A DNA stretch of 50,994 nt, taken from contig NC_068984.1 in NCBI RefSeq assembly GCF_001194135.2, positions 120,964,843-121,015,836 of the forward strand. The letters run 5' to 3'. Every line of letters starts with the position of its first letter. The first letter of the stretch is position 1. Shown piece by piece: positions 38,013-50,558 of this stretch. Under the pieces are notes generated by a model. That model was given only the letters and a program-made list of their open reading frames with translations. It had not been told where the DNA came from and did not search any database. The stretch comes from Octopus bimaculoides. Taxonomy: Eukaryota. Position numbers and translations under genes: made by a program.

Positions 38013-39451
38013 CTATTTAATTAAAACCATTTATGGTTTAAGTTCATATACCGCCGTTTCGACCTTGTCTTCTATCTTTCCGAAGAAGATAATATAAGCA
38101 AATACTGGTGCATTACAACCTTAGTTCATCGAAGATAATGCTCAAGGACTCAGTAGGAAGCTAGTTCAATGATTTTGTATCGAAGTGATTTTGACAAGCA
38201 AGAATAATGAGACTAAAACGTACCACATAAACAAAACATGGAATATTTACAATTTGCTTCTTAAAACATCTTAAATCTTTCGGTGATCATTCATTTTCTC
38301 AGCCGTTTTTAAACTAAAGACAGTTACTCGTTTTTCTTTACGATTTATAATTACTGAAAAGCGAACCTCGGTCATGCTTGCATCCACTCATCCCATACAT
38401 TACTTGCAACACACATATATGGAAGACTCTGCATTTTATCTGCTAGAAATAGCAGCTAAATCTACCTCGAATCACACATTACGATCAAATGCAAAGTCGA
38501 CCTCGACGGGACTTTAACTAAGAATGTAAAGGAGCCGTATATTATTATTATTATTATAAATTAACTTTAAATTATGCGATAAAAAAAGGGAATTTCCTGC
38601 CCGATCCTATTCAATATGAGGCTGCAGTAGCTTCCCCGAATATTCTGTTTATTTCCGGTAGAGGCGAATATGAATAGGAGCGGATATCTGTGGGCTTAAA
38701 GATGATGTGACGAGGGGAATATAGGGATTGACGAAAGAGAGTGCGTTACTTACTATCAATTTGCTGAGAAAAACACACACACATACATACACATGCAATT
38801 ATTATCTATATGTGTAGGCGCATATATATATGTATATATATATATATATNNNNNNNNNNNNNNNNNNNNNNNNNNNNNNNNNNNNNNNNNNNNNNNNNNN
38901 NNNNNNNNNNNNNNNNNNNNNNNNNNNNNNNNNNNNNNNNNNNNNNNNNNNNNNNNNNNNNNNNNNNNNNNNNNNNNNNNNNNNNNNNNNNNNNNNNNNN
39001 NNNNNNNNNNNNNNNNNNNNNNNNNNNNNNNNNNNNNNNNNNNNNNNNNNNNNNNNNNNNNNNNNNNNNNNNNNNNNNNNNNNNNNNNNNNNNNNNNNNN
39101 NNNNNNNNNNNNNNNNNNNNNNNNNNNNNNNNNNNNNNNNNNNNNNNNNNNNNNNNNNNNNNNNNNNNNNNNNNNNNNNNNNNNNNNNNNNNNNNNNNNN
39201 NNNNNNNNNNNNNNNNNNNNNNNNNNNNNNNNNNNNNNNNNNNNNNNNNNNNNNNNNNNNNNNNNNNNNNNNNNNNNNNNNNNNNNNNNNNNNNNNNNNN
39301 NNNNNNNNNNNNNNNNNNNNNNNNNNNNNNNNNNNNNNNNNNNNNNNNNNNNNNNNNNNNNNNNNNNNNNNNNNNNNNNNNNNNNNNNNNNNNNNNNNNN
39401 NNNNNNTATATATATATATATATATATATATTACACACGCGCATATATATA

Positions 39452-39660
39452 AATTTGAACCCTTTAGACTTTAGCTTCTGGAATGAACTGGTCAGAAAAG
39501 CTTGTGAGAATCCCCAGAAAAACATGCAAGCCCTCAAGTACTCCATCCGTAGGAAGTAAGAGGAAGACATTGATGAGGAATTCATTAAGAAAGCTTGTCG
39601 TGCAGTCAGAAAGAGAGTTAAGGAAATCATTTTCAAAATAGAAGCAACCCTTGATGTCTA
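39452..39660 (+). mobile_element. Tc1/mariner-superfamily (maT-like) transposase C-terminal fragment
   Basis: NLNPLDFSFWNELVRKACENPQKNMQALKYSIRRK*EEDIDEEFIKKACRAVRKR matches the SPDLNPLDY..W...C pattern. One in-frame stop; the 5' part adjoins a gap. Confidence 0.65.
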
Positions 39661-39984
39661 AGAGGTAGAATTTCGGCCAGAATTGTCTCAAGCACTTTGA
39701 AATAAAACTTTAAGCCTCCATTCGAACTCTATTCCAATCCTTTTTGAGCTCTCAATCCTGAGCTATGGTTAATCATTTATGTCATTTTCGTCCACGATCA
39801 ACTCCATCACGATCCTTCTGGTAAGCTTGGAGAGTATTCAACAATTTCTCTTGCTCAAAGTAGAGTCCAATAGTGTTGGGTAAAGTCTCTAATAATTGCA
39901 TTAAGTTATCTTTAAGTATTCCCGAGATACAAAGGTTCGAAGCTGAATCTAAAATTTGGACAATTTTGCTGATACTCCCGGCAT

Positions 39985-40200
39985 GTGTGTGTGTGTCTTT
40001 GTATCTGTGTTTGTCCCCACCATCACCGCTTGACAACTGGTGTTGGTGTGTTTACGTCCCCGTAACTTAGAGGTTCGGTAAAAGAGACCGATAGAATAAG
40101 CACTAGGCTTTTAAAAAGTCCTGGCGTGGATTTGATCAACTAAAACCCTCTAGCATGGCCGCAGTCAAATGACTGACAAAGTAAAAGGATAAAAGAATAA
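39985..40200 (+). mobile_element. SINE family C 3' half
   Basis: ccgcttgacaactggtgttggtgtgtttacgtccccgtaacttag...gcatggccgcagtcaaatgactga. Confidence 0.8.
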
Positions 40201-40847
40201 TCTGGAAAGGCTTTGGAATCAAGGATTCCGGAACATCGGTGTTGTACATCTACTTCTTTTAACAGATCGCTTCAAGTCGAGGAGACCACATATAAAACAT
40301 ATTATAGCTTACAGTTATAATTTATTATATGTGGATAGTTTTAGATGCGCTATCAAGGACTGAACCATCAATTGACTCATTCCCGTTTTAAGACATTAAC
40401 AATGAGAGGAAGAATGCAACGTTTCTCATCAGACAGATTACATTTCATCAGAGATATTTAATTTATGTATAATTCATGGAGTATGTTGAAAATGTCTATA
40501 TCCATCAATGTGATTCTGATTCTTAATATAACCAGCAATTTAAGATTAATACAGATTAGCCGGAAATCTAATGAGATACATCGTATCAAAGTAGGCCGTT
40601 TGCAAGAAATTTAAGAAGAACGTTGTATGAATATTGGGTGTAAAACAACCAGGCTACTCCTCTACCATTAATCTAAGTGATATTTTATGATAGCGTATGT
40701 TGATGTATTTATGTATTATACACACACACACACACACACACACATGCACAGACATACGCACACACACACACTCATATTCATATATACATATATTCACACT
40801 TACATTATATATACATATTCATATATAAATATATGCAGACGTACTTT

Positions 40848-40933
<86 letters not shown>

Positions 40934-41324
40934 CACACACACACCACACGCATACACACTTATCTAAAACGAAACATAAATGAAGATAAAACAAAGTACG
41001 CAAATGCAAATGTATATTAGAACATAGTCACACCTGTATATGTATGTGTATGTATGTCTGTCTATGTTTGCTTGCGTACCAATGCGTAGGTTTACAAAGG
41101 TTTGCGATTTTTTGTATGAAATGATATCTTTATAAATTGGAATTTATGACTATATGTCACCTTGACATATATCGTTATTACTGAAGAGAGATACTCTTTT
41201 TCTTTATATGAGTGATATTCTAATTTTCGTAAATCCGTACATTCATGCCAATACAATCAAATATAATTCTACAAAATCTGCAAATATTACCAGTTGATTG
41301 CTGTAACGGAATTAATATTGGATG

Positions 41325-41482
41325 AAATGATTATTTTTCAATGAAAAATGTTGAGTTTGTAGAGTCAGAACAAAGTTAAGCACCATCACACAAGGCCCAA
41401 ATGACAAGAGAATGGATGGCTGACAATTTGCATGATAAAGTCACCCCCAACATTTGACCTTCTAATTTTCCAGATCTCGACC
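41325..41482 (+). mobile_element. Decayed maT/Tc1-like transposase catalytic fragment
   Basis: APSHKAQMTREWMADNLHDKVTPNI*PSNFPDL resembles D.APSH....WP..SPDL. Confidence 0.5.
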
Positions 41483-41569
41483 AGATTTGGACCCCACGTA
41501 GAGACAATTGTATTATAATTTGGAACAGCCATAACTATTAAATCCGCGCCCGTGTTAGTTGTATATTCG

Positions 41570-41705
41570 TTTACGTGTTTCTGTCATTAGACTGTGGCGA
41601 TACAGAGGCTCATCTTGATGGATTTAGTCAAGCAAATCAACCACAGTAATTATTTATTAAACTTTGATACTATCCTATCAGTTCGTTTGCCGAACTACTA
41701 AGATT
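41570..41705 (-). mobile_element. Degenerate SINE family C tail fragment
   Basis: gtcattagactgtggc...gtttgccgaactactaag matches the family C tail in reverse. Confidence 0.5.
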
Positions 41706-41805
41706 TTAATAAAATATCATGTATGAAAACAGAAAACTATCGAATAAAGAAACAAGAAAAGTGTGCACTTGTTGAATACAGAAATATTTTTTGTTTATTT
41801 TGCAG

Positions 41806-41842
41806 GCGTCAGTTGCTGCTTATGATCGAACAGATGCGTCAA
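41806..41842 (+). CDS. Gene B exon: ASVAAYDRTDAS (signal peptide C part and mature N-terminus), 37 nt, phase 0 in, 1 out
   Basis: Strong acceptor tttttgtttattttgcag| and donor AA|gtaaga. Phases match both neighbours (A+AA=Lys before CTKDK). Confidence 0.78.
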
Positions 41843-42654
41843 GTAAGAGCTTTTGATACATCCAATTTACATCATTTTGTTTTCTTTTTCACTTCTTTGA
41901 CAATTACTTTTACGTTTTAATAAAATAGTGAATGCTAGTAACTGCGACACATACAATTAACAGTAAGTTGCCATGAATATTAGCTTGCAATGCTACAAAC
42001 AACGAATATGATTATATATATATATATTTTAATTCTCATCTTTGTGCAGAGGCGGGATGATGACCAATTCGGTAAATCCAAGGCGTGGTTATTCCTAGTT
42101 GATAACTATATTACTTTATTAGATTACTTGTTTGAGTCATTGAACTGCGATCATGCTGAGACATTACTTTCAAGGGTCAAGTCGATCAAATCGCCTGCAG
42201 CATTTACTCTATTCGTTTAAGAGAACCTCAAGTACAGTCGTTTTGAAGATAAAGACTGCGGCAAGGGTCTCGGATACCTTTACGTTGGTAGCTTTTCATG
42301 GGGCCTTCACTGAGCAGCTGGAGCGTTATAACACGTGCACTGAAATGAGAGGACCTAACTTTGAAGGAGACTAGAGTTCTGTATTTCTTTGAAATTAATA
42401 AATGTGTCTCCTGAAAAAGTTTAAAACTTCTGAAATGCATTTTGTATATACTCATGAAGCTGACATTGATAGCCTAACGTGGCAAAGCTAAGTGCTAATA
42501 GTTGATATACACAGTGCTTCCTCTTCTAAGTAATGCTAAAAATTATATCTAGATGATGCTGATACACAAATAGCTAGCACAAGCAAAATAAAAATAGCCA
42601 TTCTTTGACAATAACAAATAACGTTTTCTAACTCGGAATTCAAAGAGAAGACTG

Positions 42655-43090
42655 TATTCTTTTATTTGTTTCAGTGGAGGGACAATAGTCATGGTGAGGG
42701 TCCACCTTGAAGGGTTTGGTTGGTCAAATCGACCCCCAGTATTCGAATTTTTGTGTATTCTATTGATCACTTAGGCCGTAACGCTAAGTAACGAAGACAT
42801 AAATAAACTGAGAGCGGTTGTCAAGTAGTGGTGAGAACACACAAGGACACGCGCACATTTATATACACAGATACTTATATATGTACATATAAATGTGTTT
42901 ATGGTGTGTACGTATGTGTGTCTATATAAGTATGTATGTATGGCAAGCATCCACATAGCTTCCTTCCACCAAATTCATTCATGAAGTATTTATCAGTCCT
43001 GAGCTATAGTAGAAGACACTTGGCCAAAATGCTGTGCAATGGGGCTGAACCTAAAACCACGTCGCTGGAGGGATAACTTAGCCACACACG
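42655..43090 (-). mobile_element. Degenerate full-length SINE family C
   Basis: aaatcgacccccagt...ccgtaacgctaagtaac...gagctatagtagaagacacttggccaa...gggctgaacc. Confidence 0.75.
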
Positions 43091-43422
43091 CACGGTTTTA
43101 GTCAGTTAGATCGGTATATTGTCTTTGCTTCTTCGAGACACAAAGCTGCCCTTCTCCAAAATGAAGGCTGGGCTACTTCACTATTCTCACTTAAAACAAC
43201 GGAGTAACACGATAATGATTCATTTAACGTATTGGGGGAAACGAAATGATAAGGTTCCAATAATTAAAAAATAGAAGACGCTAATCACTCAGTCGATAGT
43301 TTATCAAATTGTATGGTGAAAAAGTACGGTAGCGGTTTCTGTACTGACGCTTATTCTGCACCGTGTCCGTGGAAAACTGAAAACCATCAATACCACTTAC
43401 GCAACCCATTCTCCAACTAATA

Positions 43423-43737
43423 AACTGTTACTCCATCGGAGACGACTACGAAAGTTCCAGTTGATCCAATCAATGGAACAGGCTGCTCATGAAATTACTG
43501 TGCAAGTGGCTGATCTCCCCACAGACACGCGTACCCATACTCTAGTTCTTAGGAAGATTCAGTGTGATATAGAATGTGTCAAGGCTGGCCCGTTGAAATA
43601 CAGGTACTACTCATTTTTGCTGCGTGGACTGCTGCAAAGTGAAATATATTGTCTTGCTCAAGGACACAACGTGCTGCCATGAATCGAACTCACGACCTTG
43701 AGCCGAGTACCCTAACTACTAAACCACGTGCCTTCAC
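43423..43737 (-). mobile_element. SINE family B' (CORE-like middle, family B 3' body), 13-bp TSD
   Basis: TSD tctccaactaata at 43410-43422 and 43738-43750; reverse complement contains gttgtgtccttgagcaagaca. Confidence 0.85.
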
Positions 43738-44313
43738 TCTCCAACTAATAGGTACCATCTGGACATACTTCTACAAGCAACATGAGTAGTATCATCTCTA
43801 AGTGTGTCTAGAAAAACAAAGAATTAAAAAATGGGATTCGCTGTTCATATTTATTTTCAAGTCGTACTTAAAAACCACCGGGTTGTGCGGCGTTCGGTTT
43901 CAATATAGAATAAAGCTCCACCTCCGGATCTAACACGTATAACTAAAATATTGGGAGAAAAAAAAAAACGAATTTATTGAGGATACACGTAACATTCATT
44001 CTCCACTTCACGGAATAATCTCCAGCTGTGTGACCTATGTTAAATACGAAGAAGAGAAATACTATATATATTTATTCTTTTAACTAAAGTATGTTAATTA
44101 CCTTTAAAAAATTTAGTACATTCCGAGTATTTGATCCGTATATAATATAATTATTTGCCTAGCTGATATAACAATCTAATATGAAATGAAAAGAAACTTG
44201 CATCCATTCTCATATTATGTTGTCAGTATATACTTATAAGTACGCAACAGCTCAAATTAGCTCCATATGGTTTGCATGGGAGCGTAGGATGCGTCCATTG
44301 CATAGATACACGG

Positions 44314-44377
<64 letters not shown>

Positions 44378-44439
44378 ATGAATGGATGGATACAACACAC
44401 GCATACACTTCTGAGTATTCTTCTACTGATTTCAATAAT

Positions 44440-44640
44440 TACCTGCAACATTCCTGGGGCATGACCATAAGAGCTTCAGAACATTTTGGGATTGAGTCTT
44501 ATTTTCTCAATGACCCAACTCTCTTCAGCTGCTCTTTGACTGTTAACGATAGTCATCATGCGTTTTGGGTGGTTGAGTTTTTCGATTCGAGTGATGCAAT
44601 GGCAGTCGAATGGGTGCGTTCCTTCTGGCAGTATTTAAGT
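44440..44640 (-). mobile_element. Decayed CR1/L2-like LINE ORF2 fragment (EN-RT linker)
   Basis: Minus-strand EESWVIEKIRLNPKMF*SSY resembles the I..IK.NPK.FYSY motif. Confidence 0.4.
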
Positions 44641-44901
44641 TGGTTGATTTTCTTGTTAATTCTTTTTTATTTTTCTTATATATATACACACATGTATATA
44701 TACATACATATATATATATGTATGCATGTAAGAACTATATCTTTATATATGTGTGTGCATATATAAATATATATATGTATGGTATATGAATATATATGTA
44801 TATATATATGTATATATGTATACATATATATATATATGTATGTATACATACATACATATATATATATATGTATGTATGTATGTATGTAAGAAGTATATCT
44901 A

Positions 44902-44962
<61 letters not shown>

Positions 44963-44998
44963 GTATCTCTCTATATATATATGTATATNNNNNNNNNN

Positions 44999-45050
<52 letters not shown>

Positions 45051-45612
45051 GAGTGTCCCAAAGGTCACTGATGAGTTTCAGTTTTTGATAACTACCTTAA
45101 TTTTACAAAGTAGATCTCACACATGGTTCCAGCAAGATGGAGCAACTGCTCAAACCGCAAAAGAAACAATGCAGTTGCTACGGCAGTTCTTTGGAGAGAG
45201 AATAATCTCCCGCTACGGCAATGTCTACTGGCCTTCACATTCCCCAGGATTGACAAACTCGGATTTTTTCTCGTGGGGATACCTGAAAGAGAAGGTTTAC
45301 CCCCAACAAACTGGAGACCCTGGTACATCTGAAGGAGAACATCAATAGAGAAATCAGAGAAGTGGGGTTTGAAACTCTTGAGGGTGTTACGGTGCATGTT
45401 TTAGAAAGAGCTCGTCAGGTGTGCAAAGCGGAAAATGGCTACCATTCAAGCGATGCCATATTTTATATGTGATGTAGTGGTGTTGCAAAATTTGACTTGT
45501 GCATATTAATTTCCATTATGTCCTTTACATGGTATCAAAATTTCATGCATTTATTTGTAAAGTTAAGGAAGTTATTAAAAATTGAAACTCATCAGTGAGG
45601 TTTGGGACACCC
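45051..45612 (+). mobile_element. Non-autonomous Tc1/mariner-superfamily element with D41D spacing (rosa/DD41D-like), 562 bp
   Basis: About 42-bp imperfect TIRs within TA repeats. Peptide WFQQDGATAQT...WPSHSPGLTNSDFFSWGYLKEKVY; Asp codons at 45136 and 45262 have 41 residues between them. Confidence 0.85.
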
Positions 45613-45622
45613 TATATATATG

Positions 45623-45661
<39 letters not shown>

Positions 45662-47756
45662 NNNNNNNNNNNNNNNNNNNNNNNNNNNNNNNNNNNNNNN
45701 NNNNNNNNNNNNNNNNNNNNNNNNNNNNNNNNNNNNNNNNNNNNNNNNNNNNNNNNNNNNNNNNNNNNNNNNNNNNNNNNNNNNNNNNNNNNNNNNNNNN
45801 NNNNNNNNNNNNNNNNNNNNNNNNNNNNNNNNNNNNNNNNNNNNNNNNNNNNNNNNNNNNNNNNNNNNNNNNNNNNNNNNNNNNNNNNNNNNNNNNNNNN
45901 NNNNNNNNNNNNNNNNNNNNNNNNNNNNNNNNNNNNNNNNNNNNNNNNNNNNNNNNNNNNNNNNNNNNNNNNNNNNNNNNNNNNNNNNNNNNNNNNNNNN
46001 NNNNNNNNNNNNNNNNNNNNNNNNNNNNNGTGTGTGTGCGTGTGTGTGAAGTGTACAGTAGTTGCTTTGATAGATGCCAATATTGGATTAAGTTAATAAC
46101 TATGGGTTGAAAGATTTGCGACTACCAGGTTAATTCTGTACTTTTGGAAAATGTTTTCAATAAATTTGTATTAATGATGCTTCATCTGTCTCTGAAAATA
46201 ACCTCTACAATTTACGATTAAATAAAGGTCATCAAAACTATTTTGAGAATCTTTCCTGTTTTTCCTCACTTCACTTTTATTTGAGTATATGAATACTGAC
46301 GTATGACGTAGTCAAACAACTCAGCGTGGGTGGTGCGGATGGCTGAAAACGTACCCTTTAGATTTTCGTTTGATTGCTAAATATTTTAAGTTTAAGCTTT
46401 CGACTTTCGTCTTGGGATAACTTTCTTTTTTAACAGGATAGTGGAAACTGATACGCTGGTTTCATTTCTTATTTTCTTTTTATTATTTCTTTCTTTCTTT
46501 CTTATCATTACTATTACTATTAATATTATTATCATTTATTTATTTTTTATTTTTAATATTTGAAGGAAGAGGTTTTGCTGTAGCCTTAGCAGGCCCTCGA
46601 AGACATGGTTAACGTACTCTTAATCAGTTGCAAACTGGCGGCTACTGGAAAAAAAAGAGTGTGCAAGAAAAATATTCCAGAAGGCTGACATTCTGATAAG
46701 CTATATTAATTCTAGACAATAACCATTATTCTATCTGTGGTATGTGAGCCTCTTCAACAGGGTTGCACTATTGGTTATTACCATGTTTCATATTTCGACA
46801 TCGAGGCAGTTCGTGAATGGGCAGTTCAGTTGAAAAGCCTCGAGCAGGAAATGAAATTCACGTTTCTACTTTCATGATTTTTTGAAGTGGATTGACAGAG
46901 TAAATAAGATAATTACAACAAGGAATAATCTAATCTGTATCCCAAACTCGGTGTACCGTTGCTTTTCTCTAAACTATGCCACTAACCGATGATAATACAT
47001 AAAAGTTCCTATTAACAGAGTATGGATATTAAAAAAAGTTATGTATAGAAGTTAATGGATGTTGATACTATAACTTTACAGTATGTTTTAAACTGAATTT
47101 CGCGATTTCTCAACGAAAACATTAAACGATGCTTTGAATATGATGTAAAGTAACTTATTTTTAACGATTTACTTATGTAGTGAACACCGTATAGTGGGGG
47201 AAAGTTGCAGTGAATAGAACTCACAGCCTAGAAAACATAAATTGAAGCTGTTTTGCTTCTTTTTGATTGGTAATAATTCAGTGGTATGAGGACACAGTGT
47301 CCTATTTACTTCTCATAAAATCAGATTTCTTAATTAATCATCGATAATTCGGATGAAGATTAAATCACAAAGTGTGTTTAATTCACGTATGCGCGCGATA
47401 AATGTATATGTATCCTTATTTTTTTTTAAATGTATTTTCATTTTTTTTTTCCTGTTATGGACCAAATTTTCTATAGGAACGATATTAAAAACGCTTCCAA
47501 TATATTATTGCTATCGAAGCTTAGAATATAGAGAGACGGAATTAAGAATTATTATTTTTATTCATTTCATCCACTTTGGAAGAGAAAAAGACAAAGTATA
47601 CCACAGTAGAATTAACACTCAAATTATGACGTCTTCAAAACTAAATATTAAGTTCCAATGTCCAACCATTTTTTCCAACTCGCCATCTTTTTATTTGAGA
47701 GAAATTTTAACGACTGCTTTTATGATTTCGTATTTTCTTCTAATTTTTTAAAACAG

Positions 47757-48296
47757 AATGTACAAAAGATAAAGCAGACATTTTCTTCTTGCTGGATTCG
47801 TCAGACAGTACCAGCCAACTCTTTGCAAAACAGAAGATTTTTGTGAATAAGGTCCTGGATTCTTTGGAAGTTGAATACGGCAAAGTCCATATCGGCATTG
47901 CAACATTTAGTGATTCATTCTTTCTGAACGTTGATCTGACTTACGATGTTTCCTATCTCAAAATGTACCTCGGCCATATATACCCGATGGGTGGAAGCAC
48001 GAAAATAGGATCAGCTTTAAAGAGTTTACAAGCCGATGGATTCGGAAGTCACAGAGCGAGACGAACCGCTACCAAAATTGCAATAGTTTTAACAGACGGT
48101 CAAAGTTCAGATGATCCGATAGCAGCTGCGAAAACATTAATGGCAAAAAACGTTAAGGTATTCGCTGTTGGTGACACATATATGAACAATCAAGCAGACT
48201 TAAGGATGATTGCAAGTCGACCAACAAGCTATTATGTCTTTAATTTGGATTCCCACGACCTGATTGGATCGATCAAGAATGCAGTGCAATGCGTAT
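47757..48296 (+). CDS. Gene B vWFA domain exon (MIDAS intact), phase 1-1, 540 nt
   Basis: Acceptor ttttttaaaacag|AA, donor T|gtaagt at 48297. Translation CTKDKADIFFLLDSSDST...MGGSTKIG...VLTDGQSSD...QCV has DxSxS, T and D. Confidence 0.92.
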
Positions 48297-48404
48297 GTAA
48301 GTAATTCAATTCTTATGTAGCATTCTGTCATTAACTGCATAAACATTAGTATGTTCACTCAATCGTACACGCATACACTGACACGTATATATGAAAGAAT
48401 GAAC

Positions 48405-48460
<56 letters not shown>

Positions 48461-48843
48461 NNNNNNNNNNNNNNNNNNNNNNNNNNNNNNNNNNNNNNNN
48501 NNNNNNNNNNNNNNNNNNNNNNNNNNNNNNNNNNNNNNNNNNNNNNNNNNNNNNNNNNNNNNNNNNNNNNNNNNNNNNNNNNNNNNNNNNNNNNNNNNNN
48601 NNNNNNNNNNNNNNNNNNNNNNNNNNNNNNNNNNNNNNNNNNNNNNNNNNNNNNNNNNNNNNNNNNNNNNNNNNNNNNNNNNNNNNNNNNNNNNNNNNNN
48701 NNNNNNNNNNNNNNNNNNNNNNNNNNNNNNNNNNNNNNNNNNNNNNNNNNNNNNNNNNNNNNNNNNNNNNNNNNNNNNNNNNNNNNNNNNNNNNNNNNNN
48801 NNNNNNNNNNNNNNNTATACATATATATATAGATAGATAGATA

Positions 48844-49126
48844 GGAGCACTCCGTCGGCTACGACAACGAGGGTCCCAGCTGATACGATCAACGGAACAG
48901 CTTGCTCCAGAAATTAACTTGCAAGTGGCTGAGCTCTCCACAGACACATGTACCTTTAACGTAGTTCTCATGGAGATTCAGCGTGACGCAGAGTGTGACA
49001 AGGCTGGCCCTTTGAAATACAGGTGCTACTCATTTTTGCCAACTGAGTGGACTGGAGCAATGTAAAATAAAGTGTCTTGCTCAAGGGCACAACGCGTCGC
49101 CGGGAATTGAACTCACGACCTTACGA
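48844..49126 (-). mobile_element. SINE family B', 5'-truncated
   Basis: Same body as family B with a CORE-like middle (gttgtgcccttgagcaagacac on the minus strand). Confidence 0.85.
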
Positions 49127-49414
49127 CAGATAGATAGGTAGATACATAGATACATACATACATACTCACACACACATACGTACAGGTAAGCATCCACACA
49201 TATACTCCAAATATATATTCGTCCGAAGATGATGATTTCCCCACGTCATTACTCAAAGATTTTATACATGCAAATGTGCGTTTGCGTGCGTGTGGGAGTG
49301 CAATCTACATGTTTTGCATGATCAGTGTAAATTTTGTGAATGAATGAATTACTTAAATTTCCAGGATAAAATGAGATTGATTTCTTATGTACAAAACACA
49401 CGGCCTCAAATTCT

Positions 49415-49530
49415 TGGCAGTGATTTAGTTAATCGTAGTGAACCAATTTTTGCCTAGTACTTTATTTTATCACTTACACTGAAAGAAAAGCAAAAATCAC
49501 CTGTGGAATTTGAACTAAGAATATGCACCG
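49415..49530 (-). mobile_element. Degenerate SINE family A fragment
   Basis: tagtacttt...gaaagaaaagcaaaaatcacctgtggaatttgaactaagaa matches the reverse complement of the core and B box. Confidence 0.5.
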
Positions 49531-49972
49531 TTGTAAGACAAAGAAAAGTGACAGGCTCCTCGCTTCACTTTTCCGTCTCAAATTGGTATTTTTATTGGCT
49601 AATCTAATTTTCCACAGTCAGTATTGAATCTCTGCAAATGTGCGTGGGTTACTTGTGTGGGAAGAAAGGATATATTGGTTCTTCCACAGTATATTAATGA
49701 TATTTCTTATAGACCAGCGAATGTTGAAAGTTTGTGATAACAGCCGGCGTAGCGGGATGGTATCCCTTTGGCTTCCAAACCTTATGATTGACAAAATAAA
49801 TACCACTAATTAGAGGTAGAAGACAATACCATGAACTAGAGACCTACAAACCTGCACATAGCGTTTGTTTATCTAGCTAGCGATCTCTAGCATGACAGCA
49901 GTCAAAATGACTGAAACAAGTAAAAGATATATATATATATATCACATACACACATACAAGTATAATTATATA

Positions 49973-50050
<78 letters not shown>

Positions 50051-50057
50051 TAGATAG

Positions 50058-50088
<31 letters not shown>

Positions 50089-50192
50089 CATACATACATA
50101 CATACATACATATACACACACACACGTATATATATGTACACGCTTGTATACATAGATGTATATATACATATATATAAATATGTATATATACA

Positions 50193-50232
<40 letters not shown>

Positions 50233-50558
50233 TGCGCGCGCGTGCGAATATATGGATGTATGTAGCTTATTCGTAGTCGTAAAGTCAAATAATTCCCCCT
50301 TGGATAGGAAAGCAGACTTTCTTATAGGACGAGGCCATAATACACCTTGCTTTTTCACCTGAACGTGTATTTTTTTATGCTGCTAGTATTCTTGAGAGAA
50401 GCATGTACGTAAATCTCAAAATCTTACCTCTCTCTTTATCTTTTTCTATTTTGTTGTTTTTTGGGTTTTTTTCTTTTTTTTTTTTTTTTTTTGGCATTGA
50501 GCCAATGAAAAGTAAATCAACATATTGCTAAAATCTAATTTATTTTTTCTCTTTTCAG

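Noticed and set aside
47227-47269. LKLFCFFLI hydrophobic segment with a phase-1 donor just upstream of the gene B vWFA exon
   Set aside because: No in-frame ATG, weak acceptor, and superseded by the 35224/41806 model.
49660-49750. YINDIS... resembling a LINE reverse transcriptase motif
   Set aside because: Too short and decayed to call; the ADD motif is only recoverable with assumed frameshifts.
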